Positions 7,194-16,344 of a stretch of DNA of 64,000 nt are shown here, piece by piece. The notes beneath the pieces are model-generated. The model had not been told where the DNA came from, did not search any database, and worked only from the letters and a program-made list of their open reading frames with translations. The stretch comes from Hyphomonadaceae bacterium (GTDB lineage Bacteria; Pseudomonadota; Alphaproteobacteria; Caulobacterales; Aquidulcibacteraceae): NCBI GenBank assembly GCA_040381075.1, contig JBEIHX010000012.1, positions 20,557 through 84,556 on the forward strand, given 5' to 3'. How positions within the stretch are numbered: the stretch's first letter is position 1; each line of letters starts with the position of its first letter. The position numbers and the translations under genes are program-made.

Positions 7194-10175
7194 ATGGTCG
7201 GGGACCCTCACGAAATGGCTGACGATGGCCGCAGCGTGCCGAACGCGGCGCTCCTGGAGACAACCTTCCTCTACGGCGCCAATGCGCCCTACGTCGAAAG
7301 CCTCTACGCGCGCTACCTGACAGATCCGAACAGCGTGCCTGCCGAATGGCGAGACATGTTCTCCCGTCTGGGGGACAGCCCGGAGTCAGTCGCCGCCGCA
7401 ACGCAGGGGCCCTCCTGGAAGCGGGCCAACTGGCCGCCTGCCGAGCGCAACGAGCGCACCGCCCTGCTCGACGGCGACTGGGCCGCGCTGGAGCCCAGGA
7501 TCGAACGCAAGATCACCGCATCGCGTCCGGCCGCAAGCGTGCAGGACGTGGCCCAGGCGACCCGCGATTCGCTGCGCGCGCTGATGATGATCCGCGCCTA
7601 CCGCATCCGGGGTCATCTCGCCGCCAATCTGGATCCGCTGGGACTTGAGAAGCGCGAACCGCAGCCCGAGCTTGATCCGGCCCATTACGGCTTTACGCCC
7701 AACGACTGGGATCGTCCGATCTTCATCGACATGGTCCTGGGCCTGGAACACGCCACCATTCGCCAGATGCTGGACATTCTGCGCCGCACCTATTGCGGCA
7801 GTGTCGGCATCGAGTTCATGCACATCTCCGACCCGGCAGAGAAAGCCTGGCTGCAGGAACGCATCGAAGGTCCGGACAAGGAAATTTCCTTCACCCGGGA
7901 AGGAAAGCAGGCCATCCTGAAGAAGCTGATCGAGGCAGAAACCTTCGAGCGCTTCGTTCATCGGCGCTATCCCGGAACCAAGCGCTTCGGACTTGACGGC
8001 GGCGAGGCCCTTATCCCGGCGCTTGAGCAGATCATCAAACGCGGCGGCAATCTCGGCCTGGAGGAAATCATCCTCGGCATGCCGCACCGCGGCCGCCTCA
8101 ATGTGCTCGCTGCGGTGATGGGCAAGCCCTATCACGTGATTTTCCATGAGTTTCAGGGCGGCTCCGCCACGCCGGAAGACGTCATGGGCTCGGGCGACGT
8201 CAAGTATCATATGGGCGCCTCGTCGGATCGCACCTTTGACGCGCACAAGGTTCACCTCTCGCTGACCGCGAACCCATCGCATCTGGAAATCGTCAATCCG
8301 GTTGTTCTTGGCAAAGTGCGCGCCAAGCAGATGCAGCGGCCACAGATGGACCGAGAGAGCCAGATGCGCGCCGTCATGCCGGTGCTGCTGCACGGCGACG
8401 CCGCCTTCGCAGGACAGGGCGTCGTCGCGGAATGTTTTGCGTTGACCGGTCTGCGCGGCTACCGGACCGGCGGCACCATCCACCTCATCGTCAATAACCA
8501 GATCGGCTTTACAACGGCGCCGCGCTATTCGCGCTCCTCGCCCTATCCCTCCGACGTCGCCCTGATGGTCCAGGCGCCCATCTTCCACGTCAACGGCGAC
8601 GATCCCGAGGCCGTCGTGTTCGCCGCCAAGGTGGCGACAGAGTACCGTCAGAAATTCCTCAAGGACGTTGTCATCGACATGTTCTGCTATCGCCGCTTCG
8701 GCCACAACGAAGGCGACGATCCGACGATGACGCAACCCAACATGTATCGGGTCATCAAGGATCATCCTCCGACCAGGGAACTCTACGCCCAGCGTCTGGT
8801 GCAGAACGCCGCAGCAGGACCCAACGAAATCGATGCGTGGATCAAGGATTTCGATCGCTTCCTTGACGAGGAGTTCGAGGCGGCCAAAGCCTACCGCGCC
8901 AACAAGGCCGACTGGCTCGACGGCGTGTGGTCAGGGATGCAGGCCGCGAGCAAGGACGAGGACGCGCGCGGCGACACGGCTGTGTCGCTTGAGCGCCTGC
9001 GCGCCCTCGGACTGAAAATCACCGACATCCCCACGAACTTTGACGCCCACAAGACGGTGCAGCGCACAATCCAGGCGCGCCGCAGGGCGATCGAGGCGGG
9101 CGAGGGCGTGGACTGGGCGCTCGGCGAGCACCTCGCTTTCGCCACCCTGCTTGATCAAGGGTATCCGGTGCGCCTGTCCGGTCAGGACTCCTGCCGCGGC
9201 ACGTTCAGTCAGCGCCACAGCCACCTGATCGACCAGACGACAGAAGAGCGGTACACGCCGCTCAACGCTATCGGTCCCCACGCCGCGCACTACGAGGTGA
9301 TCGACTCGCTTCTCTCCGAAGAGGCGGTTCTCGGCTTTGACTACGGCTTCAGCCTCGCCAGCCCGAATACGCTTACCCTGTGGGAGGCCCAGTTCGGCGA
9401 CTTCGTGAACGGCGCGCAGGTCGTGATCGATCAGTTCATCTGCTCGGCCGAGCGCAAGTGGCTGCGCATGTCAGGTCTCGTCATGCTGTTGCCGCACGGA
9501 TACGAAGGCCAGGGGCCGGAGCACTCCTCAGCGCGTCTTGAGCGATTTCTGCAGCTGTGCGCCGAAGACAACCTTCAGGTCGTCAACTGCACCACGCCCG
9601 CCAACTACTTCCATGCGCTTCGCCGCCAGCTCATGAGGGAGTTTCGCAAGCCGCTGATCGTCATGACGCCGAAGAGCCTTCTGCGTCACAAGCGCTGCGT
9701 GTCCAAACTGAGCGAAATGGGCCCGGGATCATCATTCCACCGCGTGTTGTGGGACGACGCCCAGCTCGATCCTGCGCTGTCATCCGTGCAGCTCGCCGCC
9801 GATGACGACATCAAGCGTGTCGTGCTGTGCGCCGGCAAGGTCTATTACGATCTCTTTGAGGAGCGTGAGAAGCGCGGGCGTGACGACGTCTATATCCTGC
9901 GTGTCGAGCAGTTCTATCCGTTCCCGGCGAAATCGCTCATCAAGGAACTCGGCCGCTTCCGCCAGGCCGACATCGTGTGGTGCCAGGAAGAGCCGAAAAA
10001 TATGGGCGCCTGGACATTCTTGGATCCAAAGATCGAGTGGGTGCTGGAGAAGATAGGCGCCGCAAACCGGCGCGCGCGCTATGTCGGCCGGCCGGCGACG
10101 GCCTCGACGGCCGCCGGGCTGATGTCCAAACACATGAAGGAATTGCAGGCCTTCCTCGACGAAGCCTTCGCCTGA
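7194..10175 (+). CDS. sucA: 2-oxoglutarate dehydrogenase E1 component
   Basis: 993-aa ORF with typical SucA N-terminus (LYGANAPYVESLYARYL), ThDP-binding region GDAAFAGQGVV, and full-length collinearity with OGDH E1. Alternative start at ATG 7215. Confidence 0.95.
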   Translation: MVGDPHEMADDGRSVPNAALLETTFLYGANAPYVESLYARYLTDPNSVPAEWRDMFSRLGDSPESVAAATQGPSWKRANWPPAERNERTALLDGDWAALEPRIERKITASRPAASVQDVAQATRDSLRALMMIRAYRIRGHLAANLDPLGLEKREPQPELDPAHYGFTPNDWDRPIFIDMVLGLEHATIRQMLDILRRTYCGSVGIEFMHISDPAEKAWLQERIEGPDKEISFTREGKQAILKKLIEAETFERFVHRRYPGTKRFGLDGGEALIPALEQIIKRGGNLGLEEIILGMPHRGRLNVLAAVMGKPYHVIFHEFQGGSATPEDVMGSGDVKYHMGASSDRTFDAHKVHLSLTANPSHLEIVNPVVLGKVRAKQMQRPQMDRESQMRAVMPVLLHGDAAFAGQGVVAECFALTGLRGYRTGGTIHLIVNNQIGFTTAPRYSRSSPYPSDVALMVQAPIFHVNGDDPEAVVFAAKVATEYRQKFLKDVVIDMFCYRRFGHNEGDDPTMTQPNMYRVIKDHPPTRELYAQRLVQNAAAGPNEIDAWIKDFDRFLDEEFEAAKAYRANKADWLDGVWSGMQAASKDEDARGDTAVSLERLRALGLKITDIPTNFDAHKTVQRTIQARRRAIEAGEGVDWALGEHLAFATLLDQGYPVRLSGQDSCRGTFSQRHSHLIDQTTEERYTPLNAIGPHAAHYEVIDSLLSEEAVLGFDYGFSLASPNTLTLWEAQFGDFVNGAQVVIDQFICSAERKWLRMSGLVMLLPHGYEGQGPEHSSARLERFLQLCAEDNLQVVNCTTPANYFHALRRQLMREFRKPLIVMTPKSLLRHKRCVSKLSEMGPGSSFHRVLWDDAQLDPALSSVQLAADDDIKRVVLCAGKVYYDLFEEREKRGRDDVYILRVEQFYPFPAKSLIKELGRFRQADIVWCQEEPKNMGAWTFLDPKIEWVLEKIGAANRRARYVGRPATASTAAGLMSKHMKELQAFLDEAFA

Positions 10176-10236
10176 CGATACCGCACTGCAAGCTATGCCG
10201 CGCGGCGGCTGCGCCGCGCTGGCCAGGAGTTGAACC

Positions 10237-11457
10237 ATGGTTGATATCCCCGTGCCCGCCCTCGGCGAATCGGTGACCGAAGCCACCGTCGCGTCTTGGA
10301 AAAAGAAGCCCGGCGATGCGGTCGCCAAGGATGAGGTCCTCGTCGAGCTGGAAACCGACAAGGTCTCGCTGGAAGTGGCGAGCCCGGAAGCCGGCGTTCT
10401 GAGTGAAATCCTCGCCAATCAGGGCGACACCGTCCAGAAGGGCGGTCTGCTGGGTCGGATCACCCCAGGAGGCGCCGGCAAGGCCGCCGCCGCCGGCGCT
10501 GTCTCCCCGGCCCCATCCGGCGCAGGCGCGAAGCCCGGTCGCGCCCAGCCAGCCCCTGGCGCCCCTGGCGCGGCTGCGTCTGTCGGACCGGCTGTGCAGC
10601 GCATCGGCGCGGAGAGCGGACTGGACCTGTCGAAGGTCGCGGGCACCGGCAAGGACGGGCGCGTCACCAAAGGCGATGCGATCGCCGCGCTCGCCGCGCT
10701 GGCCGCAGCGCCCACGCCGGCGACGCCGCCCACGCCAGGCGCCCCGCGCGCCACCAGCGCGCGCGAGGAACGCGTGCGCATGACCCGCCTGCGCCAGACC
10801 ATCGCCACGCGTCTGAAACAGGCGCAGCAGACCGCTGCGATGCTCACGACCTTCAATGAGATCGACATGAGCGGCGTGATGGCGGTGCGCGCCAAGTACA
10901 AGGACATCTTTGAGCAGAAGCACGGCGTGAAGCTCGGTTTCATGAGTTTCTTTGTGAAAGCGTGCGTGCAGGCGCTCAAGGAGCTTCCGGCCGTCAACGC
11001 CGAGATCGACGGCGCCGACATCATCTACAAGAACTTCTACGATATCGGCGTCGCCGTCGGCACCGAGAAGGGTCTGGTGGTCCCGGTGGTGCGCGACGCC
11101 GACCACATGAGCCTTGCCGAAATCGAAAAGACCATCGGTGAACTCGGCAGGCAGGCGCGCGACGGCGCCTTGACCCTTGAGCAGCTCCAGGGCGGGACGT
11201 TCACCATTTCAAATGGCGGGGTCTACGGCTCGCTCATGTCGACCCCGATCCTCAATGCGCCGCAGTCAGGCATCCTCGGCATGCATAAGATCGAGGACCG
11301 TCCGGTCGTGGTGAACGGGCAGATAGTGATCCGCCCCATGATGTACGTTGCGCTGAGCTATGATCACCGGATCGTCGACGGCAAGGAGGCCGTCACCTTC
11401 CTCGTGCGGGTCAAGGAAAGCGTCGAGGATCCGGAGCGCCTGGTGCTGGACATCTGA
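10237..11457 (+). CDS. sucB: dihydrolipoamide succinyltransferase (2-oxoglutarate dehydrogenase E2)
   Basis: Lipoyl domain ([12 protein letters not shown]), Ala/Pro linker, E3-binding domain, catalytic motif [14 protein letters not shown] upstream. Confidence 0.95.
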   Translation: MVDIPVPALGESVTEATVASWKKKPGDAVAKDEVLVELETDKVSLEVASPEAGVLSEILANQGDTVQKGGLLGRITPGGAGKAAAAGAVSPAPSGAGAKPGRAQPAPGAPGAAASVGPAVQRIGAESGLDLSKVAGTGKDGRVTKGDAIAALAALAAAPTPATPPTPGAPRATSAREERVRMTRLRQTIATRLKQAQQTAAMLTTFNEIDMSGVMAVRAKYKDIFEQKHGVKLGFMSFFVKACVQALKELPAVNAEIDGADIIYKNFYDIGVAVGTEKGLVVPVVRDADHMSLAEIEKTIGELGRQARDGALTLEQLQGGTFTISNGGVYGSLMSTPILNAPQSGILGMHKIEDRPVVVNGQIVIRPMMYVALSYDHRIVDGKEAVTFLVRVKESVEDPERLVLDI

Positions 11458-11486
11458 CCCCAGGGCCTGCGCGGGCGAACGCTCCC

Positions 11487-11540
11487 CCAAACGCCAGACC
11501 CAAACGCCAGACCCAAACGCCAGACCCAAACGCCAGACCC
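11487..11540. repeat. tandem repeat, 13-bp unit CCAAACGCCAGAC x4
   Basis: Read directly, just after the sucB stop. Confidence 0.9.
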
Positions 11541-11581
11541 AGGGGCCGGATCCAGACACCAGACCCTGCGATCAAGACCGG

Positions 11582-12469
11582 TCACGTCACCCGGTCCCTC
11601 GCGGCGATGATGTCCTGCCCGCCAGCCAGACCGGTGATGATGTCATCCATGGCGGCAGGCTGCCACGGCATCGGGTGCGCGGCGCTGTCCGCAAGGCGCA
11701 CCACCGTGTGATCCTCACTCAGCGTCAGGGCGCCTGTCCGTCCGACCCGGGCCGTCGTGAGGGTGGCGCCGTCAATCCCCGGCATGCGTTCGCCGGCCTC
11801 CGCCATCGCCGCCAGCAGGGCGTTCCAGCCCTCTGGCGTGTCCGTCGCCCTGACCCCGAGCCGGATTTCGAGCCGTGCAACGGCCTCAGGGTCAGGCCAG
11901 CCGACGCCGGAGCGGAACACCACCTCACAGGGCAGCTGCGCAATTGGCGCCGCGCGGGCGAGCGGCAGTGCGGCAAAGCCGGTATGCCAGACCAGGAGCG
12001 GCTGGCGATACCGCCTTGGCGCATCCCGCACGGCGTCGGCGCCTGCGGGCCGATCCGTGACGAGGGCGCTGACGTCGAGCAGAAGATAGCCCCGCCGATC
12101 GCCCCCAAGATACACGCCATGCCCGAACCGCCCATCCGGCAGCGGCACGGCGAAGCCAGCGCCGGCCGCGACGCCAGTCCTGTGCGTGAGGGTGCAGGGC
12201 TGGATGTCGAGGCCCCTGCCGGCGCCTCCGGCGTCGACGGCCCGGCCATGTCCGTCATAATCGAGCCCCTGGGCGCGCGCGAGCGCTTCAATCCGGGCGA
12301 TGGCTGCCTCGCTGTCGCGTCCGGGGCGCAGAAGATCCCGCACGACAAGGCCGCCAGGAACCATGCTGACCTCCATCCCGGCGGGGATGGTTGCGCGAAA
12401 TCGTTTCAGCGCCGCCGCGCCGCCATAGATGAAATGCTCGATCCTGACCGACATCGCAGCCGACCTCAA
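11582..12469 (-). CDS. hypothetical two-domain protein (N-terminal RraB-like fold suspected)
   Basis: 295-aa ORF with coding-like GC3. The N-terminal ~75 aa end in GLDYDGHG, resembling the YDGW end of RraB-type domains. The C-terminal region (GRFGHGVYLGGDRRGYLLLDV) is unassigned. Alternative start at ATG 12454. Confidence 0.55.
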   Translation of the reverse strand: MRSAAMSVRIEHFIYGGAAALKRFRATIPAGMEVSMVPGGLVVRDLLRPGRDSEAAIARIEALARAQGLDYDGHGRAVDAGGAGRGLDIQPCTLTHRTGVAAGAGFAVPLPDGRFGHGVYLGGDRRGYLLLDVSALVTDRPAGADAVRDAPRRYRQPLLVWHTGFAALPLARAAPIAQLPCEVVFRSGVGWPDPEAVARLEIRLGVRATDTPEGWNALLAAMAEAGERMPGIDGATLTTARVGRTGALTLSEDHTVVRLADSAAHPMPWQPAAMDDIITGLAGGQDIIAARDRVT

Positions 12470-12509
12470 AAACGCCCGGAGCGCGCAGGCGTCGACGCCG
12501 CCCTCGGCC

Positions 12510-14777
12510 TCACGCCTTGCCGAGGCACCAGAGGGCGAAGGCGTGGCTCTCGGCGATCTCCTTCAGCCGGTCAAAGCGGCCGGACGCTCCGCCGTGACCG
12601 GCGTCCATGTTGACATGCAGGAAGAATGGCCCTGCATCCGGCGCCGTCGCGCGCAGGCGCGCGACCCACTTCGCCGGCTCCCAATACGTCACCTGGCTGT
12701 CCGACAGGGCCGTCTGGGCCAGCAGCGGGGGATAGGCCTTGTCAGCGACATTGTCGTAGGGGCTGTAGGCCGCCATGTAGTCAAAGGCCGCCTTGTCCGT
12801 GATCGGATTGCCCCATTCTGTCCACTCCGGCGGGGTGAGCGGGAGCTCGCCGTCGCTGATCGTGTTGATCACGTCGACAAACGCCACGCCGCCGATGACG
12901 CCGGCAAACAGCTCAGGGCGCTGGTTCATGACCGCGCCAACCAGCAAACCGCCGGCGGATCGGCCTTCGATCACGATACGGCCGGGGGCTGCGAACTTCT
13001 GCTCGACCAGCGCCTCAGCCGCGCGCGCGAAATCGGAGAATGTGTTCTGCTTTTTCATCAGCTTGCCGTCGAGGTACCACTGTCGTCCGCGCTCCTGACC
13101 GCCGCGGATGTGCGCGATGCAGTATACGAGACCGCGATCGACGAGCGGCAGACGCGCTGTGGAAAAGCCCGCAGGCATGGAGATCCCGTACGATCCGTAG
13201 CCATACAGCAGGGCCGGCGCCGAGCCGTCGATGGGCGTTGCACGGTGGTGCAGAATGGTGAGCGGAATCTGCGCTCCGTCGCGCGCCGTCGCGTTCACCC
13301 GGCGAACCACGTAATCCGACTTGTCATGACCTGACGGGATTTCCTGGGTTTTCCTCAGGACGCGGGTGCGCGCCGCCATGTCGTAGTCGTACGTCTCCGA
13401 GGGGGTTGACGGCGAATTGTAGGTGAAGCGCAGGATTGAGGTATCCCACTCGAAGCCGCGCAGCACCTCCAGGTCATAAGCCTCTTCCGTGAAGTCGATG
13501 GCGTGCTCTTCATTCGAGGCCATGTCGCGCACCACCAGGCGCGGCAGCGCATTGACCATCTCGCTGATCACCATGCGCCCCTTGAACAGGATCATGCCGT
13601 CGATGAACCGGCCTCTCTCGTGGCCGATGAAGTCGCGCCAGTTGCGCGCTGATGTGCTCCCCGTCGGCGTGCGCATGATTTTGTAATCGGTTGCGCCGTC
13701 AGCGTTGGTGCGCAGATAGAAGTGATCTGCGTGGTGATCGGGCTGGTACTCAACGCCCGGTCGATAGGCCGTAAAGCGCCGCGGCCGCGCGTTCGGCGTG
13801 GCGAGGGGAAGGACCAGGACGTCGGTGCTCTCGCTTTCGCCCCGATAGATCATCATGTAGGCGCCCGAGGACGTCCTGTAGATGGACATCTGGAAGGCGG
13901 GATCCTTTTCCTCGTAGATCATGATGTCCCTGGACGGATCCTGTCCCAGAACATGGCGCATGACCTTCGCCGTGCGGAAGTTTTCGTCGAGCAGGGTGTA
14001 GAAACACGTCCGCGAGTCCGGCGCCCACACAAGGTCGGCCGCCGCCCCCTCGATCCGCGCCGGCATGTCCTTGCCGGTGGCCGCGTCGCGAAAGCGCAGC
14101 GTCGCCTTGTTGCCGCCCTCCAGATCGACAAAATAGGCGATCGTCGCATGGTCGGGACTGTGCGCCCATCCCTGCAGACGCCAGAACTTCTCGCCCTGGG
14201 ATTCCGCGTCGCCGTCGATCAGGATGTGCTCCGCGCCCTCAGGGGTCCCGCCCGCCGCATCCACCGCGAGGCGGTAGACGATCGGATACTGACCTCCGGT
14301 GCGGAAGCGCGTCGCATAGGCGTAGGGGCCGTCGCGCGCGGGCACGCTTGAATCATCCTGCTTCAGCCTGCCCTTCAGTTCGTCAAACAGCTGCGCGCGC
14401 AGTCCTGCGGTGGGATCGAGCAGAACCTCTTTGACATAGGCGTTCTCGGCGTCGAGATGTGTCCGGATCTCCGCGCTGAGACTTGACGGATCGTCGATCA
14501 CCGTCTGCCAGTTGGGGTCGCGCAGCCAATGGTAGGGGTCGATCCGGGTGCGGCCGTGCTGCGTGATGGCGTGCGGGCGCACCTGCGCGATCGGGCCCTG
14601 CGGCGCGCCGCGGCGCGCGGCGCGGACCGGCGTCGGCCCGGTTGGGGCCGCAGCCGCTCCCGCCAGGACGGCGCCTGCCAGGGCGGCGCCCGACAGCAGG
14701 ATGTTGCGGCGTGAGGGTTCGTGCGACATTGGCGGTCTCCCGGGTGCGGCTGCACTGATCTCAGTACGGCGTGTCAA
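12510..14777 (-). CDS. ptrB: oligopeptidase B / prolyl oligopeptidase family S9A serine peptidase, secreted
   Basis: 755 aa. Tat-like signal SRRNILLSGAALAGA, beta-propeller region, catalytic GRSAGGLLVG and C-terminal GHGG. Alternative start at ATG 14729. Confidence 0.85.
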   Translation of the reverse strand: MTRRTEISAAAPGRPPMSHEPSRRNILLSGAALAGAVLAGAAAAPTGPTPVRAARRGAPQGPIAQVRPHAITQHGRTRIDPYHWLRDPNWQTVIDDPSSLSAEIRTHLDAENAYVKEVLLDPTAGLRAQLFDELKGRLKQDDSSVPARDGPYAYATRFRTGGQYPIVYRLAVDAAGGTPEGAEHILIDGDAESQGEKFWRLQGWAHSPDHATIAYFVDLEGGNKATLRFRDAATGKDMPARIEGAAADLVWAPDSRTCFYTLLDENFRTAKVMRHVLGQDPSRDIMIYEEKDPAFQMSIYRTSSGAYMMIYRGESESTDVLVLPLATPNARPRRFTAYRPGVEYQPDHHADHFYLRTNADGATDYKIMRTPTGSTSARNWRDFIGHERGRFIDGMILFKGRMVISEMVNALPRLVVRDMASNEEHAIDFTEEAYDLEVLRGFEWDTSILRFTYNSPSTPSETYDYDMAARTRVLRKTQEIPSGHDKSDYVVRRVNATARDGAQIPLTILHHRATPIDGSAPALLYGYGSYGISMPAGFSTARLPLVDRGLVYCIAHIRGGQERGRQWYLDGKLMKKQNTFSDFARAAEALVEQKFAAPGRIVIEGRSAGGLLVGAVMNQRPELFAGVIGGVAFVDVINTISDGELPLTPPEWTEWGNPITDKAAFDYMAAYSPYDNVADKAYPPLLAQTALSDSQVTYWEPAKWVARLRATAPDAGPFFLHVNMDAGHGGASGRFDRLKEIAESHAFALWCLGKA

Positions 14778-15011
14778 CCTGGCGACTTCGTCGCGCGCCG
14801 CCCCTCAGACGTCAAGCCAGCGGGGCCCTGCCCGCCGGGTCAGGCCGGCGATGCGCAGGGCGCAGGCCCCCCCGGAAGAGGGCCCCGGACGCGGGCCCCG
14901 CAAGCAGGCCCCGCAGGACATGTCAGGGCGGGTGCGCACGGCAGCGCCGGGCGACAGGGACCGGGCGACGCCCCGCGGGCGCCCCTGTGCGGCCGGAAGT
15001 CTTTGCCCGGA

Positions 15012-15794
15012 TCAGCGCAGTCCCATGCGGATGGAGCCGTCGAGACGCACGCATTCGCCATTGAAGTACCCGTTGCGCACCATCTCCAGCGCCAGCGACG
15101 CGTATTCCTCGGCGTTGCCAAGGCGCTTGGGGAAGGGAACGCTGGCGGCCAGGGCGTCCTTCACCTGCTGAGGCGCAGCGTTCATCAGCGGCGTGTTGAA
15201 AATGCCGGGCAGGATCGTGTTCACACGGATCGCTTCGCCGGACAGATCGCGCGCGATCGGCAGCGTCATGCCCACAACGCCGCCCTTGGAGGCGGAATAG
15301 GCCGCCTGCCCCATCTGACCATCCTGCGCCGCCACCGAAGCGGTGTTGATGATCACGCCGCGATCGCCGTCCGGCAGCGGCGGCAGGCTCAGCATGCCAG
15401 CTGCGGATTTGGCGATGCAGCGGAAGGTGCCGACCAGATTGATCTGGATGATGAGATCGAACTGGTTCAGCGGAAAGTGCTTGATCTCGCCCGTATCCTT
15501 GGAACGGCTTGCCGTCTTGACCGCATTGCCGGTGCCGGCGCAGTTCACCAGGATCCGCTCCTGACCGTTCGCCGCACGCGCCTTTGCAAAGCCGGCCTCG
15601 ACGGAGGCCTCGTCGGTCACATTGACCTTGCAGAACACCGCGCCGACGTCCGCAGCCACGCGTTCGCCGGTGGTCTCGTTCATGTCGAAGATCGCGACCT
15701 TGACGCCGTGCTCGCGCAGCGCACGCACTGTGGCCTCGCCGAGGCCGGACGCCCCCCCGGTGACGACGGCTGCAATATTGGAATCCAGTTTCAT
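15012..15794 (-). CDS. short-chain dehydrogenase, 3-hydroxyacyl-CoA dehydrogenase type-2-like
   Basis: MKLDSNIAAVVTGGASGLGEA (TGxxxGxG), NCAG, YSASKGGV (YxxxK). Start moved to ATG 15794. Confidence 0.8.
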   Translation of the reverse strand: MKLDSNIAAVVTGGASGLGEATVRALREHGVKVAIFDMNETTGERVAADVGAVFCKVNVTDEASVEAGFAKARAANGQERILVNCAGTGNAVKTASRSKDTGEIKHFPLNQFDLIIQINLVGTFRCIAKSAAGMLSLPPLPDGDRGVIINTASVAAQDGQMGQAAYSASKGGVVGMTLPIARDLSGEAIRVNTILPGIFNTPLMNAAPQQVKDALAASVPFPKRLGNAEEYASLALEMVRNGYFNGECVRLDGSIRMGLR

Positions 15795-16205
15795 GGGCGT
15801 GCCCTCCGAAAGCGTTTCGCGCGCGCGCCGCACCGGCCCGCAATGCGGCCAGACATAGCTTCGCGCGGCGGCAAACCCAAGACTGCCGCAGCGGCGCCCC
15901 GCGGACAGGTCGCCCGTTGAACTTTGCGTGAGCGGCTCTGTGAGGTCTTGAGCAGGCCCGGTCAGACCTCACATGTCCGCCACGGTCTGAGCCTGTGCGG
16001 CGATCCACCCCCTCTCTCGGCTCGTCGCGCCAGACCGCAGCGACGGCGTCCCGGGAGACGGGAGACCGCGCGTCACGGGCGGGCCCGCGCTCCTCCCATG
16101 GCGCGGGTCCGCCGAATCCGCCCGCCGGTGCGCTGTTTGGCCCTGCCCGGCAATGCCCCTGCCGGTTTGGATCATGCGGGGTCCGATGCAGGCCAAGGTC
16201 TGGCG

Positions 16206-16269
16206 CCCGGGAGGATTGGCCCCCGGGAGGATTGGCCCCCGGGAGGATTGGCCCCCGGGAGGATTGGCC
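16206..16269. repeat. tandem repeat, 16-bp unit CCCGGGAGGATTGGCC x4 perfect
   Basis: Read directly, 76 bp upstream of the likely start of the TrkA-N/RyR gene. Confidence 0.95.
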
Positions 16270-16344
16270 TGTGCGGCGCGCCGCCGGGTGCGGAAACGCG
16301 GATTCCGCCATGACACCGCGCTATTGGCGCGGCAGAATGCCCGC

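Noticed and set aside
7386-8765. 459-aa ORF on the - strand (similar cases at 9940-11106, 16524-17966, 32352-33476, 35565-36857, 51719-52981, 53950-55005, 14923-16311 and 1749-2747)
   Set aside because: All are antisense to, or out of frame with, strongly supported genes (sucA, sucB, the RyR protein gene, the RND, OMF, hbd, etf, SDR and dnaX genes), and none has a recognisable motif.
15940-15972. Perfect 9-bp stem hairpin GTGAGGTCT-N15-AGACCTCAC
   Set aside because: It has no U-tract, is not positioned at any gene's 3' end, and sits in a divergent spacer. The evidence is insufficient to call a terminator or an sRNA.
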